Counted from the first letter of the stretch, positions 38,841 through 54,125 are shown. The stretch: 64,000 nt of DNA from Octopus vulgaris (GCA_951406725.2 OX597826.1:33232001-33296000), one strand, 5' to 3'. The notes: generated from the letters alone by a model not told the origin. Made by a program: numbers and translations.

Positions 38841-39339
38841 GTATGTATAATGGATGTGTATATACCCAAAGCAAAGCAGAGAAATATTCAAGTGTTGAGA
38901 TTTTCCGTTAATAAAAGCACTTATTTTAGCTATGCAATTTTCTCAAAACCCTATTTGGGTTTAGTTTAAGAATGTGAGATACTTTTAAAGTTCCTTTCCA
39001 CATACTTCTTGCATGCCACTTGCAAAAGCCTGTCCTCATAACAGATATAATAATTAAATCTTTATTCTATAAACCAATATTTTTGCACATTTTTTTCTGC
39101 CATATTTAAGTACAAAATTCCTCTCCATCAGTCACCTCACACCAAGTTTCACCACATCCCATCATCACCAATATTATTCACGGCCTTCACTGATGTTGTC
39201 TTCCTCTGCACCATCATCAGTCTATGGTTATCCTCTCCTGTCACTTACCCCAATTACCATGGAGGTCGCCACCACTACCACCTTCACCACCATCACCTGT
39301 ACAACAATGCTCTTCCCTGTCACAACAAGCAAGCCTTGC

Positions 39340-39640
39340 TCCTTAAGACCACTACCACCACAACCGCTGCCACCACTGCTGCTGCCACCACCACAACCAC
39401 CACCACCTGCCACCACCACTACCATCACCACTATCACTACCACTATCACCACCACTACCACCACTACCACTTCTAGCATCATTGATGACTATGACAATGA
39501 CGACGATGACGATGACCACCACCACCACCACCACCACCAGCACAACCACCATCATAACCAGCACCAACACAAACACTACCACCAATACAACTATAACCTC
39601 AACCATCACAACCACTCCAACCATAACCACCCACCACTGT
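39340..39640. repeat. Degenerate (ACC)n tract
   Basis: Visible directly. Confidence 0.9.
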
Positions 39641-40196
39641 CACAACCACAGTGGGTGTGCTGATAGTGTTAATACTAATGATGATGATAATGATGTGGAT
39701 GAAGATGTTTGTTGGTGGTGATGGTGGGGGTGTTAGCATTAGTGATGGGGGTTGTGCTGTTAAGAGATCTGATAGTAAAGTACACAGTATGGTGATGGCA
39801 GTGGTGGTGGTGGCGGTAGTGCTGCCGCTTCTGGAATTATAGTAATGTAACTGGGGGGGGGGACCAGCAGTAAAATGGTGTCCATGGTTTGTGATAGCAG
39901 TCAAAACAATCCTGTTGTTGTTGTTGTTGGTGGTGGTGGTAGTGGTGAGCATAAAATATGATGAGCTTACATCAGAGGGAGGGAGGGAGGGAGAGGACAA
40001 ACAGAAAATGAGAAAGAGGAGAAGCAAAGCTCACAGATCTCTCCTCTAAATATCAATAAATTCTGGAATCTTCCGCCAACCCTGTCCACTCTTCCATTAA
40101 TCTACACCACTTTACCAAATTTTCGTTACTTCAGAAAAATGTTCATACTTTCTTATATCTACATCTATTTATGGTTCTTATTGTTTTTATTATTGT

Positions 40197-40400
<204 letters not shown>

Positions 40401-40541
40401 TTATTTGTTTATTTATTTCTGTCCGTTTCCAGTTCCACTCCTAATAACTTCGGATTTTTCTGCTCTGCACAAAGATCTGAAGATATATTATGAAGATATC
40501 ATTAATTATAAATAGCACTTGCTGAAAGAAATTTTCCCAGA

Positions 40542-40576
<35 letters not shown>

Positions 40577-41068
40577 GCAACAACAACAAAAGCAACAATG
40601 AAATGATGATAACAATGATGAAGGCGACGACGTCGACGACAATGATGATGAGGGCGACAATGACAATGATGACAGTGGCAACGATGATGACGATGATGAC
40701 AATAACAACAACAACAACAACAACTACATCGACAGCAACAACAATAATAATAATCATAAATGCATAAACACTTAAAGCTTAAAAAGTAACGAAATCCAAA
40801 AAAAAAAAAAAATATGCCAAAAATCTTTGCAATTTTTTTTTTTTGGTGAAATTACTATGGAATTCCGGGGAATAAATTATTAATTTTTAATATCTAATTT
40901 TCATTATTTCTCGTGTTTTTTAAAAAAATTTTTAAATCTTATCTACATATTAGTTATTCATTATTTCATTCAGAATAACTTTACATATATTTTATTAATA
41001 TTTCATTATGTTTGTTTGTTTTTCTACTGATTTCTTTTGTTTTATTTCGTTTATGATTTATCATGGCT

Positions 41069-41457
41069 TATATATATATATATATATATAATATACATAT
41101 ATATATGTATATATATATATATATATGTATGTATATATTTATGTATATATACACATATGTACATATATTATATATATATATATATATGTATATATATGTA
41201 TATATACATATGTATATATATATATGTACATATATGTATATATATATATATTATAAGCCATGATAAATGTAAGTATATACATACATTTTATGAGTATATC
41301 TATATATATACAAGTATACATATATATGTATATATCTATATAAATATATATATTTCTCTTTTATATATACATTTATATATGTTTATATGTGTCGTACATA
41401 TATGTGTGTATGCATATATATATATACATACATACATATACATATATACATGCTTAC

Positions 41458-41514
<57 letters not shown>

Positions 41515-41600
41515 TATATACATATATATACACATACATATATATATATAGATACAACATGCATACATAAGCATATATATATATTTATATTTATATGTGT
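41069..41600. repeat. Long degenerate (TA)n tract
   Basis: Visible directly. Confidence 0.95.
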
Positions 41601-42597
41601 TTGCTTATGGGAAGTCGGGTGTTGGTGACAAACTAATATTGTTTATGTTTGTTTATAAAAGGTGTTGAACTGTTATAAGAAACCCAGCTTTTATCTGTAT
41701 TTATATTAGCATATGTTTATGCAAGCATGCGTGTGTATATGCATGTGCCTCTGTGAGTGTGTTGGTGTTTGTGTTTTTGTGCATGTGTGTGTATTTGTGT
41801 ATGTCTGTATGTGTAAATGTGTGTGATGTATATTTTTTGTATAGTGATATTTGTATTTTGTGAGTAATGATATGTATAGATATATTTATATGCAAATATA
41901 TGTATGTATAAAAGAATTTTATATACGTTTAGAAATATAAAAAATTCATGTACATGTGTGAGTATATCAATATGCATACATGTATATATATATATACATA
42001 TGCATATTCATACAGTCTTACACACAACCACACACATACACATACACAGGTATACAACAGCACTCCTAAATATCTAATCTCTTACATGCGTAGCTGTGTG
42101 ATTAAGAAATTCAGTTTACATCTGCATGGTTCCAAGTTCAATCTGACAGCATAGCATCTCCTGGAAGTGTCTCCTACCATTGCTACAGGTCACACACACA
42201 CACACATCATTAAGTAATGCATATCTATTTAATATAATCATACTCGGAATACTTGTGTTAAAGTCACATAAAATATAACGATGTTAACAATGATAAACAT
42301 TTTAAAGACATTTCTTATTCCTGTTAAACAGGGATTAGAATTTCAGGTTGAATGACATTGCCTCCATTTTGCTCTCCCATCTACATTTCCTGCAACACTA
42401 ACTCCCCTGTCTCACCCCCTGTTTGCTCTCCTGTCATCTTTAATCAAGTTCTTCTCAGTTTTCTTTTCCTTTCCTTCCTTCCATATTCATTACCATCATG
42501 TCCACAGACCGTGTATATATATAAGCAAATAATAATAATAATAATGATAATAAAAATAATAATAATAATAATAATAATGATAATAATAATAATAATA

Positions 42598-45175
42598 ATC
42601 ATCATCATCATCATCATCGTTTAGCGTCCGTTTTCCATGCTAGCATGGGTTGGATGGTCCAACTGGGGTCTGTGAAGCCAGAAGGCTTCATCAGGCCCAG
42701 TTAGATCTGGCAGTGTTTCTACGGCTGGATGCCCTTCCTAACACCAACCACTCCGTGAGTGTAGTGGGTGCTTTTTACGTGCCACCCGCACAGGTACCAG
42801 ACAGAGCTGGCAAACGGCCACGAACAGATGGTGCATTTTATGTGCCACCGGCACGGGGGCCAGGCGAGGCTGGCAACGGACACGAACAGATGGTGCTTTT
42901 TACGTGCCCCGGCACGAGGCCAGTCGGGGTGGCACTGGCAACGGTCGTGAACGGATGGTTCTCTTACATGCCACCGGCACTGGTAACACATCTGCAATTT
43001 CCATTGATCGATTTCAATTCTGATCCTCACTTGCCTCAACACGTCTTCACAAGTAGAGTTTTGTGTCCCAAGAAGGGAAGGTATGCATACGTAGGCTGGC
43101 TCCATCCCATGTAGAAGGCCACAGGTTATGGACTCACTTGTCCTGCTGGGTCTTCTCACGTACAGCACACTTCCAGAGGTCTCGGTCTCTAGTCATTTCC
43201 TCAGTGAGACCTAAAGTTTGAAGGTCGTGCTTCACCACCTCGTCCCAGGTTTTCCTGGGTCTGCCTCTTCCGCAGGGTCCCTCAACCGCTAGGGTGTGGC
43301 ACTTTTTCACACAACTATCTTCATCCATTCTCGCCACATGACCATACCAGCGCAAACGTCTCTCTTGCACACCACAACTGATGCTTCTTAGGTCCAGCTT
43401 TTCTCTCAAGGTACTTACACTCTGCCGAGTATGAGTACTGACATTACACATCCATTGGAGCATACTGGCTTCATTTCTTGTGAGCTTATGCATATTCTCA
43501 GCAGTCACGGCCCATGTTTCACTGCTATGTAGCATGGCTGTTCGTACACACGCATCATACAGTCTGCCTTTTACTCTGTGCGAGAGGCCTTTTGTCACCA
43601 GCAGAGGTAAGAGCTCTCTGAACTTTGCCCAAGCTATTCTTACTCTAGCAGTTACACTTTCAGCGCACCCGCCCCCGCTGCTGACTTGGTCACCTAGGTA
43701 ACGGAAACTATCAACTATTTCTAGTTTTTCTCCCTGGAAAGTGACGAAAGTTGGTCTCAGAGCATTTTCAGTGTTTATTGTTCCTGAGCATCTGCCACAT
43801 ACAAAAACCATCTTCCTAGTTAGCCTTCCTTTGACATTGCTGCACCTCTTATGTGTCCATAGCTTACACTTGGTGCATCTTATAGAGTTTCTACCTACAC
43901 CTTTTCTACAGATCGAGCAGGGCCATCTACCTGAAGGCGTTTGTGATTTGTCTACCTTCCTACTGATTACGACTTTGGTTTTAGCTAGATTGACTCTAAG
44001 GCCCTTCGATTCTAATCCTTGTTTCCACACCTGAAACTTCTCCTCCAATTCTGATAGCGACTCAGCAATTAGAGCAAGGTCATCAGCATAGAGGAGCTCC
44101 TAAGGGCATCCTGTCTTGAATTCCTCCGTTATTGCCTGGAGGACTATGATAAATAGGAGGGGGCTGAGGACTGAGCCTTGGTGGACCCCTACCTCTACCC
44201 GGAATTCTTCACTGTACTCGTTGCCAACCCTCACCTTACTAGCAGCGTCCCTATACATGGCCCGCACAGCTCTCACTAACCATTCATCTATCCCTAGTTT
44301 CCTCATTGACCACGAGATAAGGGATCGGGGTCCCTGTCGAAGGCTTTCTCCATGTCAACAAAAGCCAGGTACAGAGGCTTATCTTTGGCTAGGTATTTCT
44401 CCTGCAGCTGCCTTACCAGGAATATAGCATCAGTGGTACTTTTCCCTGGCACAAACCCAAACTGCATCTCATCTAAACTAACTCTCTCTCTAATTAGTTG
44501 ACCCTCTTCGTAACCTTCATCACCTGATCCAACAGCTTGATACCTCTGTAGTTATTTGTATCTAGGGCGTCACCTTTACCTTTGTAGCAGTTGACTATTA
44601 TGCTGCTACACCAGTCATTGGGTATGACTCCTTTGTGTATCACCTGATTAACTATACGGGTGACTAGGCTATAGCCGACACTACCAGACATTTTGAGCAT
44701 CTCTGCAGTGATTCCTGATGGGCCTGGGGCTTTCCTGTCTTCATGCTTCTAATTGCCTTAGCTACCATGGAACTATCAACTCGGATAGCTGGTCTCTCTG
44801 TTGGGTCAACATTCGGCAGACTCTCTTTATCCCATTCATTTTCTTTATTCAGCAACCTTTCATAGTGGCGTCTCCAAACCTCTCTCTTTGCATCCTCATT
44901 TAGCGCAAGTGAACCATCTTCCATGCGAACACACTTCTCTCCTACCACATCACGATTCTCTCTCACACACTGTCTTGCAACGTGAAACACCTCCAGCCTT
45001 TGGTCCTCACGGCGCAGAACATTGGCAAATTTTTTCTTATCTGTTTCCCCTCTGGCTAAATAAACCTATCTCCTAGCTTCTCTTTTGGCAGTCTGATACA
45101 ATTCCCTGCTACCCCCATTTTTCCAGACCTTCCAAGCCTGTCTCTTTTCTCTAATAGCCCTGTCTACAATATTGA
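42598..45175 (-). mobile_element. 5'-truncated RTE-clade LINE: RT, C-terminus, 3' UTR and (GAT)n tail, with stops and frameshifts
   Basis: NYRGIKLL, GVHQGSVLSPLLF, LLYADDL (44079-44090), FRYLG, RRLRWYGHV and GRGRPRKTW; stop at 43134; 3' UTR ends GGACGCTAAACGATGATG; flanked by (TAA)n. Confidence 0.95.
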
Positions 45176-45309
45176 CAATATTGACAATAATAATAATAAT
45201 AATAATCCTTTCTACTATAAGCCTGAAGTTTTAAGGGAGAGGGTTAGTTGATTTCATTGACCCCAGTGCTCAGAATTCTGCTAACAATTCCAACAGCTGG
45301 CCACCTGAA

Positions 45310-45492
<183 letters not shown>

Positions 45493-45496
45493 GAAG

Positions 45497-45708
45497 CTTT
45501 TCTATTATAGGCACAAGGTTTGAAATTTGGGGGAAGGGGGATAGTTGATTACATCGACCCTAGTATTTCACTGGTACTGAATTTATTGACCCCTAAAGGA
45601 TGACAGGCAAAATCGACCACAGTGAAACTTGAACTCAGAAAATGAACTCAGACAAAATTCCACTTAGCATTTCACCAGGCATGCTAACGACTCTGCCATC
45701 TCACCACC
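45497..45708 (-). mobile_element. SINE family B
   Basis: Colinear with 36893-37107. Confidence 0.85.
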
Positions 45709-45713
45709 GTAAC

Positions 45714-45748
<35 letters not shown>

Positions 45749-45884
45749 CTGCAGCAGAATAACAACAATTGAGTTGGTGATGAGGGGAACTTATTCCGTT
45801 ATGTAACCTAACGTTATACAATAGAGTTAATAGTTCCAACTGGGAGTTCTTTCTGAGAATATAAATAGTCAAAACACAAAGAAT

Positions 45885-46338
45885 TGATGAATCACAGACC
45901 AGAGAATTTGGTGCTGATGATTCAGTTTAATTAGACAAAGTGGCTCTGATTCTCAGTGCTCTTTCCAAATGCGTATATAGTTGATGTTGCATGCCCCTTG
46001 ACCCACAAAGGGTCAAGAAGGAAGGCGTAAAGATAGTTAGATACAACACTCGTAAGTACAAAATAGCCCGGCTATGGAAAATGAAGAAAGTTAAGATAGT
46101 GCCAATTATTGTTTGGTCCTTGGGAACGGTATCAAGGGGAATATAAAAGGAATTGGAATAGAGTAGCCAATAGAACTGTTACAAAAGGTCTGCCTCCTTG
46201 GCACAGACAGAATAATCAGGAGAGTATTAGATAGCTGAAAAGAATGAATAGCATGGTACCATAGGCTTCAGGTAGCAAGCCTGCTATGCATGCAAGACTC
46301 CATGAATTCTAACAAGACCTGTGATAAAAAGAAATGAT
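45885..46338 (+). mobile_element. R4/Dong-like RLE domain remnant plus 3' UTR
   Basis: YIVDVACP / KKEGVKIVRY...IARLWKMKKVKIVPIIVWSLGTV / LLQKVCLLGTDRIIRRVLDS* (stop 46236-46238), followed by (TAA)n. Confidence 0.85.
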
Positions 46339-46385
<47 letters not shown>

Positions 46386-46406
46386 TAATAATAATAATAA
46401 TAATAA

Positions 46407-46961
46407 ATGCCCTGATGCAGTACCAGGCAGTGGCTCTCATGGCTTCTGATCTTAACTGATTGGAAGTGTTATCATGTACATTGTTTTGTCTTGGTATAAA
46501 AGATGGGCTACAGCAAATATTCTGCTCAATACCACAGATTTGCTTGTCAGTTGTTTGACCTTAACCAGTTGAGCATGTCCCTTAGTGGCTGACGATATGT
46601 GCATCTCTGATCACGAGCAGAAGTAGTGGGGGAGCATCATAGCCATGTGTTGAGAGGGATTCTTTGGGGTTTGAATAATTCACCCCTGGAAACATGGGTG
46701 GTTCTTTCAACATCCTTAAACAACCCTTATTCAGGGACCTTTTGAGTGGGATGGGCTACTCAACCTGAAGAAAATTCTAACTGGGCCCCACCTGCAAGGT
46801 CATGTGCTGTTTATCTTGATATGAGATCACCATGTCGCGCACATATGGTTGTGATGCATGTGCCTGGTGTACCCTTATCAGACGGGTAGTCATGATGGGT
46901 ATATTGGACTTCGTATATTTTACCCCAGTGTCACTTTGATGGCATGAACTGCTCTCTCACT
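46407..46961. mobile_element. Non-coding interspersed element embedded in (TAA)n
   Basis: Sharp boundaries with (TAA)n on both sides; partial second copy at 8770-8908. Confidence 0.7.
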
Positions 46962-47655
46962 CAATAATAATAATAACAATAATAATAATAATGATAACAG
47001 CAACAACAACAACAATAATAATAATAATAACAACAGCAAAAACAATAATAATAATAACAACGACAATAATAACAACAACAACAATAATAATAACAACAAC
47101 AACAACAATAATAATAGCTACTCTTGTACATAACTGTTTCTTACTTGACTTGTTTACCTCAAAAAGAAGAATGAGAAAGTTGACCAAAAAATGATTTGAA
47201 CTCAGAATGTAAATTTGATGGAATAACTGCTGCAAAGCATTTTGTTTTCTAATGCTCTATTGACTCTGTCAGCACACTGCCTTTAATTCTATATTCCTAT
47301 GGTAAATATCTGATAATACCCATCATTATGATGATGATGATGACGACGACGACGATGAAGATAGTCATGCTGTTGATTATTATAATCATTTTTATTTTTA
47401 TTGCTTATGTTATTGTCATCATTATCAACATCAGCATTTCACCCCCTTTTTGTTTTCTATCTTTTCGAAGGCTGACCAGTTCTTCTCCCACACCATCTAT
47501 TATTAAAAAGCATCTCATTTGTTAGGCCCAGCCATACTGGAATTAGCTATCATCATTTCTTCTCATCTCATCCTTGGTTTTCATCTACTTGCAGAATCTA
47601 AAATTGGTCAGCAATAGCAGAGAATAAATCTATGGTCACCACCTTTTGGCTGAGA

Positions 47656-47913
47656 GTATCATTCTTCATGGATATCATCGCTCATATCATTCTTCATGGA
47701 TATCATCACTCATACTATTCTTCATGGATATCATTACTCGTATCATTCTTCAAGGATATCATCACTCATACTATTCTTCATGGATATCATCACTCGTATC
47801 ATTCTTCAGGATATCATCACTCATATCATTCTTCATGGATATCATCACTCATATCATTCTCTACGGATGTCATCACTCATATCCTCATTTGTACCATTTT
47901 TTATGGATATCAT
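47656..47913. repeat. 28-bp minisatellite, about 9 units
   Basis: Unit GGATATCATCACTCATATCATTCTTCAT; period seen at 47670 and 47698. Confidence 0.9.
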
Positions 47914-48009
47914 TGATTTTTACCTCTGGCACAGTTACACATCCTAGAAGCACAGTAGACTTAATTAACTTTATAAGTTTAATTAACCCTACTAATTAAG
48001 TACTTCATA

Positions 48010-48235
48010 ATTCTTTCTACTACTAGTAGAAGGCATGGAATTTTGGGAGATGGGGACTAATTGATCAGATCAACCCCAGTGCTCAACTGGTAGTTATTGT
48101 ATTGACTCACAAAATAGATGAAAGGTTGAGTCGACCTAAGCAGCGTTAGAACTAAGAATGCAAAACTGGAAGAAATACCTAATTTAGATTGTCCAGAGAA
48201 CTCGTGCACTAATGATTTTGTCAGCTCGTTGCCTT
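48010..48235 (-). mobile_element. SINE family B, diverged
   Basis: Colinear with family B. Confidence 0.7.
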
Positions 48236-49149
48236 AATTAATACTTACTAATAAAGCATAGTAATTAAACAATAGAAAACATTTAGTCCACCTCACTACC
48301 AACTGTGCCATGCAATATTATCCTTTACAGATATTGTTACTAAGAGAACTGAACTGTATTCCAAATTCTGTATTAAGGATGGATTCTTAAAACCATTCCT
48401 TTCCCAAATAATCCATAAAATCCACCCCGTCACAAGAATCAAAATACCAAACCTTACAAACACTTAGTTCTACTTAAACATTCCTCAGATTATTTGGGTA
48501 AATTGTTGTATTAGGGGTTTTGCTTGGGGTTATTTTAAAGGGTTGCAGCAAAAGTTGGTATCTAAAATTCTTATTGGTATTTCACTTCAACCAGTTCCTT
48601 TTTTAAAATTATTCTGAATTCACCAATTCAGTCTCCACTTCACCTCATTCTCTTTCGCTCCCCTTCTCTTCCACCGCCTCCTCTCCATCTTTTCTTCCTT
48701 CCCCACCCTCACTTTTATTACATTTCCTGTCATCATTGTAGTTCTGTTGAAAATATTAACCATCCATCCATCCATCTTCCCTCAAGTGGCAGATTTATAA
48801 GGAGTTCTCGATCCACTCAGACTTTTCCTACAGATTCTCTCCGTAACCAAAGTTCAATAACAATGTTGGCCCTTTCTATAGTTTAACCAATTTAGAGATC
48901 CAATTCCAGCATTTTGAGAACTATCTTGCTGTAATTGGTTGGCACACAAAAAAAAATAATAATAAATAAATAAATAAATAAAAGAATACAAATTGACATT
49001 TTTTTTCTAAATAGATTGTCTTTTCTGAACTAAATTCCATATAGTTGAGTCACCATCATCAACATAATCATCATCACCATCATTAACATGCATTATAGTT
49101 TTACGATATTTATTTTTTGACTGATATGCTGTAAAAAAACTTCAGTATA

Positions 49150-49485
49150 TTCTTCCTTACATTCTTATATTCCATATATTCTTATAAAGAAACACATATA
49201 TTCTTATAGTCCTTACATTCTTATATTCCTTACATTCTTATATTCCTTACATTCTTATATTCCTTACATTCTTATATTCCATATATTCTTATATTCTGTA
49301 TATTCTTATAGTCCTTACATTCTTATATTCCTTACATTCTTATATTCCGTATATTCTTATATTCTGTATATTCTTATATTCATTACATTCTTATATTCCT
49401 TATATTCTTATATCCCTTACATTCTTATATCCCTTACATTCTTATATTCCATATATTCTTATAATCCGTATATTCTTATATTCCT
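49150..49485. repeat. 17-bp minisatellite
   Basis: Unit ATTCTTATATTCCTTAC with ...CCATAT and ...CCGTAT variants. Confidence 0.9.
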
Positions 49486-49970
49486 TTTACTCATTTCTTT
49501 CACTGGAATGCAGCCATTGTTGGCACCACATCACAGACTTTAGTTGATTAGATCAGCTGCAAAAGTTAGTCTTTAAATCTGGTAGACATTCTATCAGTCT
49601 CTTATAAGCATACCATTCAGTTATGGGAATGTAAGCAAACCAGAACTGGTTGCCATGGGTGGGAAACATAAATACAAAGACATATCAGCATACACACACA
49701 CACACACAAACGCACACACACACACATAAAAACACACACAAACAGACATACACACAAACACAAACATACACACACACAAATACACACACACACACACACA
49801 CACAAATACACACACACATATACTGTACATACAAGTATATGCATTTCTCAATACTTTTTAGTAGAATGCTTGTTAATTAAAGTTTTATAAGGAAAATTAT
49901 TTTGACAATATGTGTGTATGCATGTATAAGTATACACACATATATACATGTATATATATATAACTTTCTT

Positions 49971-50004
<34 letters not shown>

Positions 50005-50111
50005 CATATATGTATGTATGTATATGTATATATGTATATATATATATTATATATATATATATATTATATTATATTATATACATATGTATATATATATATT
50101 ATATTATATTA

Positions 50112-50176
<65 letters not shown>

Positions 50177-52489
50177 GCATATATATGCATACATATGTGT
50201 TTATATTTGTGCTTAAAATCTTCCATCATGCTAAGTGCTCACAAACCGTCCTTTTATTTGGATTACCAACTACTTAAAACCTGACCCTACTATTGATAGT
50301 AAAAGCATTTTAGCTTCTCTCATTCACGGAATGGTGATCACTTCATTTATTGTCTACGGAACAATAAATACCAACACTGCTATCAATTGCTTCTACACTA
50401 TCCAAGACAAAATAAATGTCATTTCTTTCCATTGGATATTAAAGAGGTTTTATTTATATATCATTAAATAAATTCTTATGGCTGATTTTAATTTCACTAA
50501 AATCATTACTTGTGTTAAACCTACTGAATGTAGCAAGCTACATGATAGAAAGTCTATTCTATTATAACTATGCTTTTGATAAATAATAAAAAGGACCAAA
50601 ACATAGAACATTCAGATAAGAATCCTGGAGAGAATATTTTTGGTCTCTATATTCTATGCACTCTATACACGAAAAGTCGCCTTTTGTTTCCAGGGGTTTA
50701 TAAGGGGATGATGGATTACTGCTGCTTAGAAACATTAATCTGCAAAACCACAGATTAGATTTGTAAGAATTTGTACAAGTTTGTAAAAACCTAGGCTTTT
50801 AGAGCCACGCCTGTTTAAAGATTATCATTCTCTATATGTCACCCTACAACTGGGTAAATATAAATATGCTCCTTACAAAAGGCTCAGTGCAAAGCTATGA
50901 TACACCCACGAATCTTTTAACATTTCCAAAAGCTTTACAAAAGCTTTAGTCAAAACATTCATTTGAAACTTTACATACGAATATCGAGGAACAGGTATTT
51001 AAACAAACTTTAGCACATTATTATGAAGGTTTTAGAATAAACAGTTTTAATGAAGAATATTTATACATGATATAGTAAAAGTGTCTTACAGAAATATGAA
51101 GCATGGTTTGTCATGCATGAGTCAGAAAGTCTTACTGTATTGTTCTGCCTTGATTGTTTTACAGAGATAGAACTAAACTAAACTACTTACACAATTAATC
51201 AAAGAACCAGAGACAAATATTTTACTGCATCCGCAAACGAGCTGAGTATACACAAACAACTTGACAAAATTTTATAAGTTATATACTATAGCCATTCTTA
51301 ATAAATGGCCATCTTAATAATCAATGTTTTGTCTTCAATCATTTCTCCAATGAATCTTCAAATTAAATTTTCATCATTACATTTGGTGTCTTCAAATTTC
51401 GTTTACATGTCTGGTGATTCTGTTGTTACATATTAAACTTTGTCATGACATTTGATGACTCTTGACTAAAGAACCACATGCCGTGATTAACCTACATTGT
51501 TACACATACATACACACATACATACACGCACACATAACACACGCATACTTCCGTACATAGACGCATAACATATACCTATATATATACATAGACACATACG
51601 TGTGCATGCATGTATATACATACGTGTGCATGTGTGTACAAGCATACATACATTTGTGTATGTGTATGTGTGTGTGTATTTACTGTGTTGGTAGATGTGT
51701 TTAAGTGTGTGCATATGAGTAGGTTTGTTCATGCATATGTATGAATTATGTGTCTAGCAATTTGCACCACACACACACACACACACACATGTACTTTATG
51801 TGCATTGACTTATATACATGTCTGTACTGACGTGTGTACATTGTGTGCACACAGTTGGATGTTTACATGTATTTATATATTGATGTTTTATCTAAACATT
51901 AGCCTATATATATTTTGTCCTCTTTAATTTCTACATTGGTCATAATGCCGCCGGCTTTTATCTTGAAACACTTTATATATATTTATACACGAGTTTATTT
52001 ACCTTTTGATTCAGTTTGTATTTGCATACATCATTATGCGTATATATTCCCATATATCCTTTCCTTTGTTATTGAACCCTGCGTATATAGTTATATTGAC
52101 ATTCATGCATGTGTTTTGTATCAGGATCTTTAGCTATCATTATTATGATTTACTCCTTCTACTTTTTTCTCCCCTTCTCTTCTTGTAGCTTCACATCTAC
52201 TCATTAAGTAGCAATTATTCTCTTATTTTATATACTTCTAGTGCATTAAAACAAGCCATATACACCTCAGTGACCCTTTGCTCTCATTTTGCTTTTCGCT
52301 GTTAACCGGAGTCGACATGAAACTGCTAGTGAGGGTAATATGCTCATTATGCATCGTTTCATCCATTTTATCAACCCATTAACTCATAAATATCTGATTT
52401 AATAGTCTCTCCCTTAGGTACAAGGATAAACTGTCCCCTTTAAATTCTTTAAGGTTGACGGCATTTTTGTCTGAAGCGTTTTTTTTCTT

Positions 52490-52700
52490 CTACTTGCTTC
52501 AATCATTAGACTACAGCCATGCTGGAGTACTACTTTGAAAAATGTTTAACCTTACGAATCGACCCCCAGACTTTCTTTTTTCTAAGCCTGCTACTTATTT
52601 TATCATTCTCTTTTCTTGAACTGCTAAGTCATGGGAACTCAAACACACCAACACTAGTTGTCATGCAGTGGTAGGGGACAAAAACAGACACAAATACACA
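52490..52700 (-). mobile_element. SINE family A, 3' half
   Basis: CAGCCATGCTGGAG...TCGACCCC...GGGGACAAAAACAGACACA. Confidence 0.7.
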
Positions 52701-53188
52701 CACACACACACAAACACACACACATGCAATGTACACATATAAAACTAAACTGCATTGACAATAACTACTAATCTTTGATTTTGTGTGTTTTATACATATG
52801 ATACTGAAGAGAGATGAGATCTAAACAAGACTTTGCATGAATACATGAATACATCACATATTCTTTATAAAACAATAGAATAAATGATTGTGGGGTGCAA
52901 TTTCCAATGATTCTGTATGGATGCAGTCAATCAACACACAATGACAAATTATATTTTGATGTGTTTAAAAGTAGTTTTACTTCTATATTATCACATTACT
53001 TCTGTTTTCAGTTGTTTGAAGAATGAACACAAGCTCAGAGTAACCAATTTAAGAAACTCCATCTTCTAAGAAAATATACCAACTCTGTTCTATGTATTGA
53101 ATTCCATGTTTTCTTTATTTTTTCAGCAAAAGTGCTCACCAATCCATCCGTCTGTCCAGGTGTGTGTCTGTATGCACGTCTATGTCTC

Positions 53189-53234
<46 letters not shown>

Positions 53235-53297
53235 CCTATGCCAGCATGAACAATGGATGTTAAATGATGATGATGATGACACATATTTGCATGTGTG

Positions 53298-53343
<46 letters not shown>

Positions 53344-53774
53344 TATATATATATATATTTATAAATATATCAAAGAGAGTTAGAGGTTGTGAATCCAACC
53401 AACTAAGGGATAATACCTATCCAATATACTGCTGGTAGAATACCCAATTATTAATACACAAGTGTTGGTTATTGCATGGCAATTACCCTACTGAGTATAA
53501 TAATTAGGTGAGGGTAATAAGTGGTTTTACCCTTAATTTATATGGCAAGAAGAAACTGGAGGGGATCCAGAGGTAGTATGCATCAACTGTTAGATATCAT
53601 ATTATGTCTATTTATTTATTTAAAACAGTTCAGATAATATATATACATATGTAAAGACTGTGTATTACATACATAAGTACCAGTAATTCCTAGAATAGAA
53701 AACGAAAAAGAACAAGAAAAAGAAGAACAACAGCAACAACAAGAAGGAACTACTGGTACTTATGTATGTAATAC

Positions 53775-54125
53775 ACAGTCGTTAGCGCCACACAGACTAG
53801 CCTCGTGCCGGTAGCACATAAAAAGCACCATCCATTCGTGGCTGTTGCCAGCCGCGCCTGGGCTCCGTGCTGGTGGCACGTAAAAAAAGCACCATCCGTC
53901 CGTGGGCGTTTGCCAGCTCCGTCTGGCACCTGTGCGGGTGGCATGTAAAAAGCACTCACTACACTCACGGAGTGGTTGGCGTTAGGAAGGGCATCCAGCC
54001 ATAGAAACACTGCCAGATCAGACTGGGCCTGATGCAGCCTTCTGGCTTCACAGACCCCAGTTGAACCGTCCAACCCATGCTAGCATGGAAAGCGGACGCT
54101 AAATGATGATGATGATGATGATGAT
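53775..54125 (+). mobile_element. RTE LINE 3' UTR-only copy
   Basis: Reverse complement of about 42600-42930; ends GGACGCTAAATGATGATG. Confidence 0.9.

Noticed and set aside
52262-52335. CCTCA...GAAACTGCTAGTGAGG possible hammerhead remnant
   Set aside because: It has no CUGANGA core, no stem II and a non-palindromic stem III.
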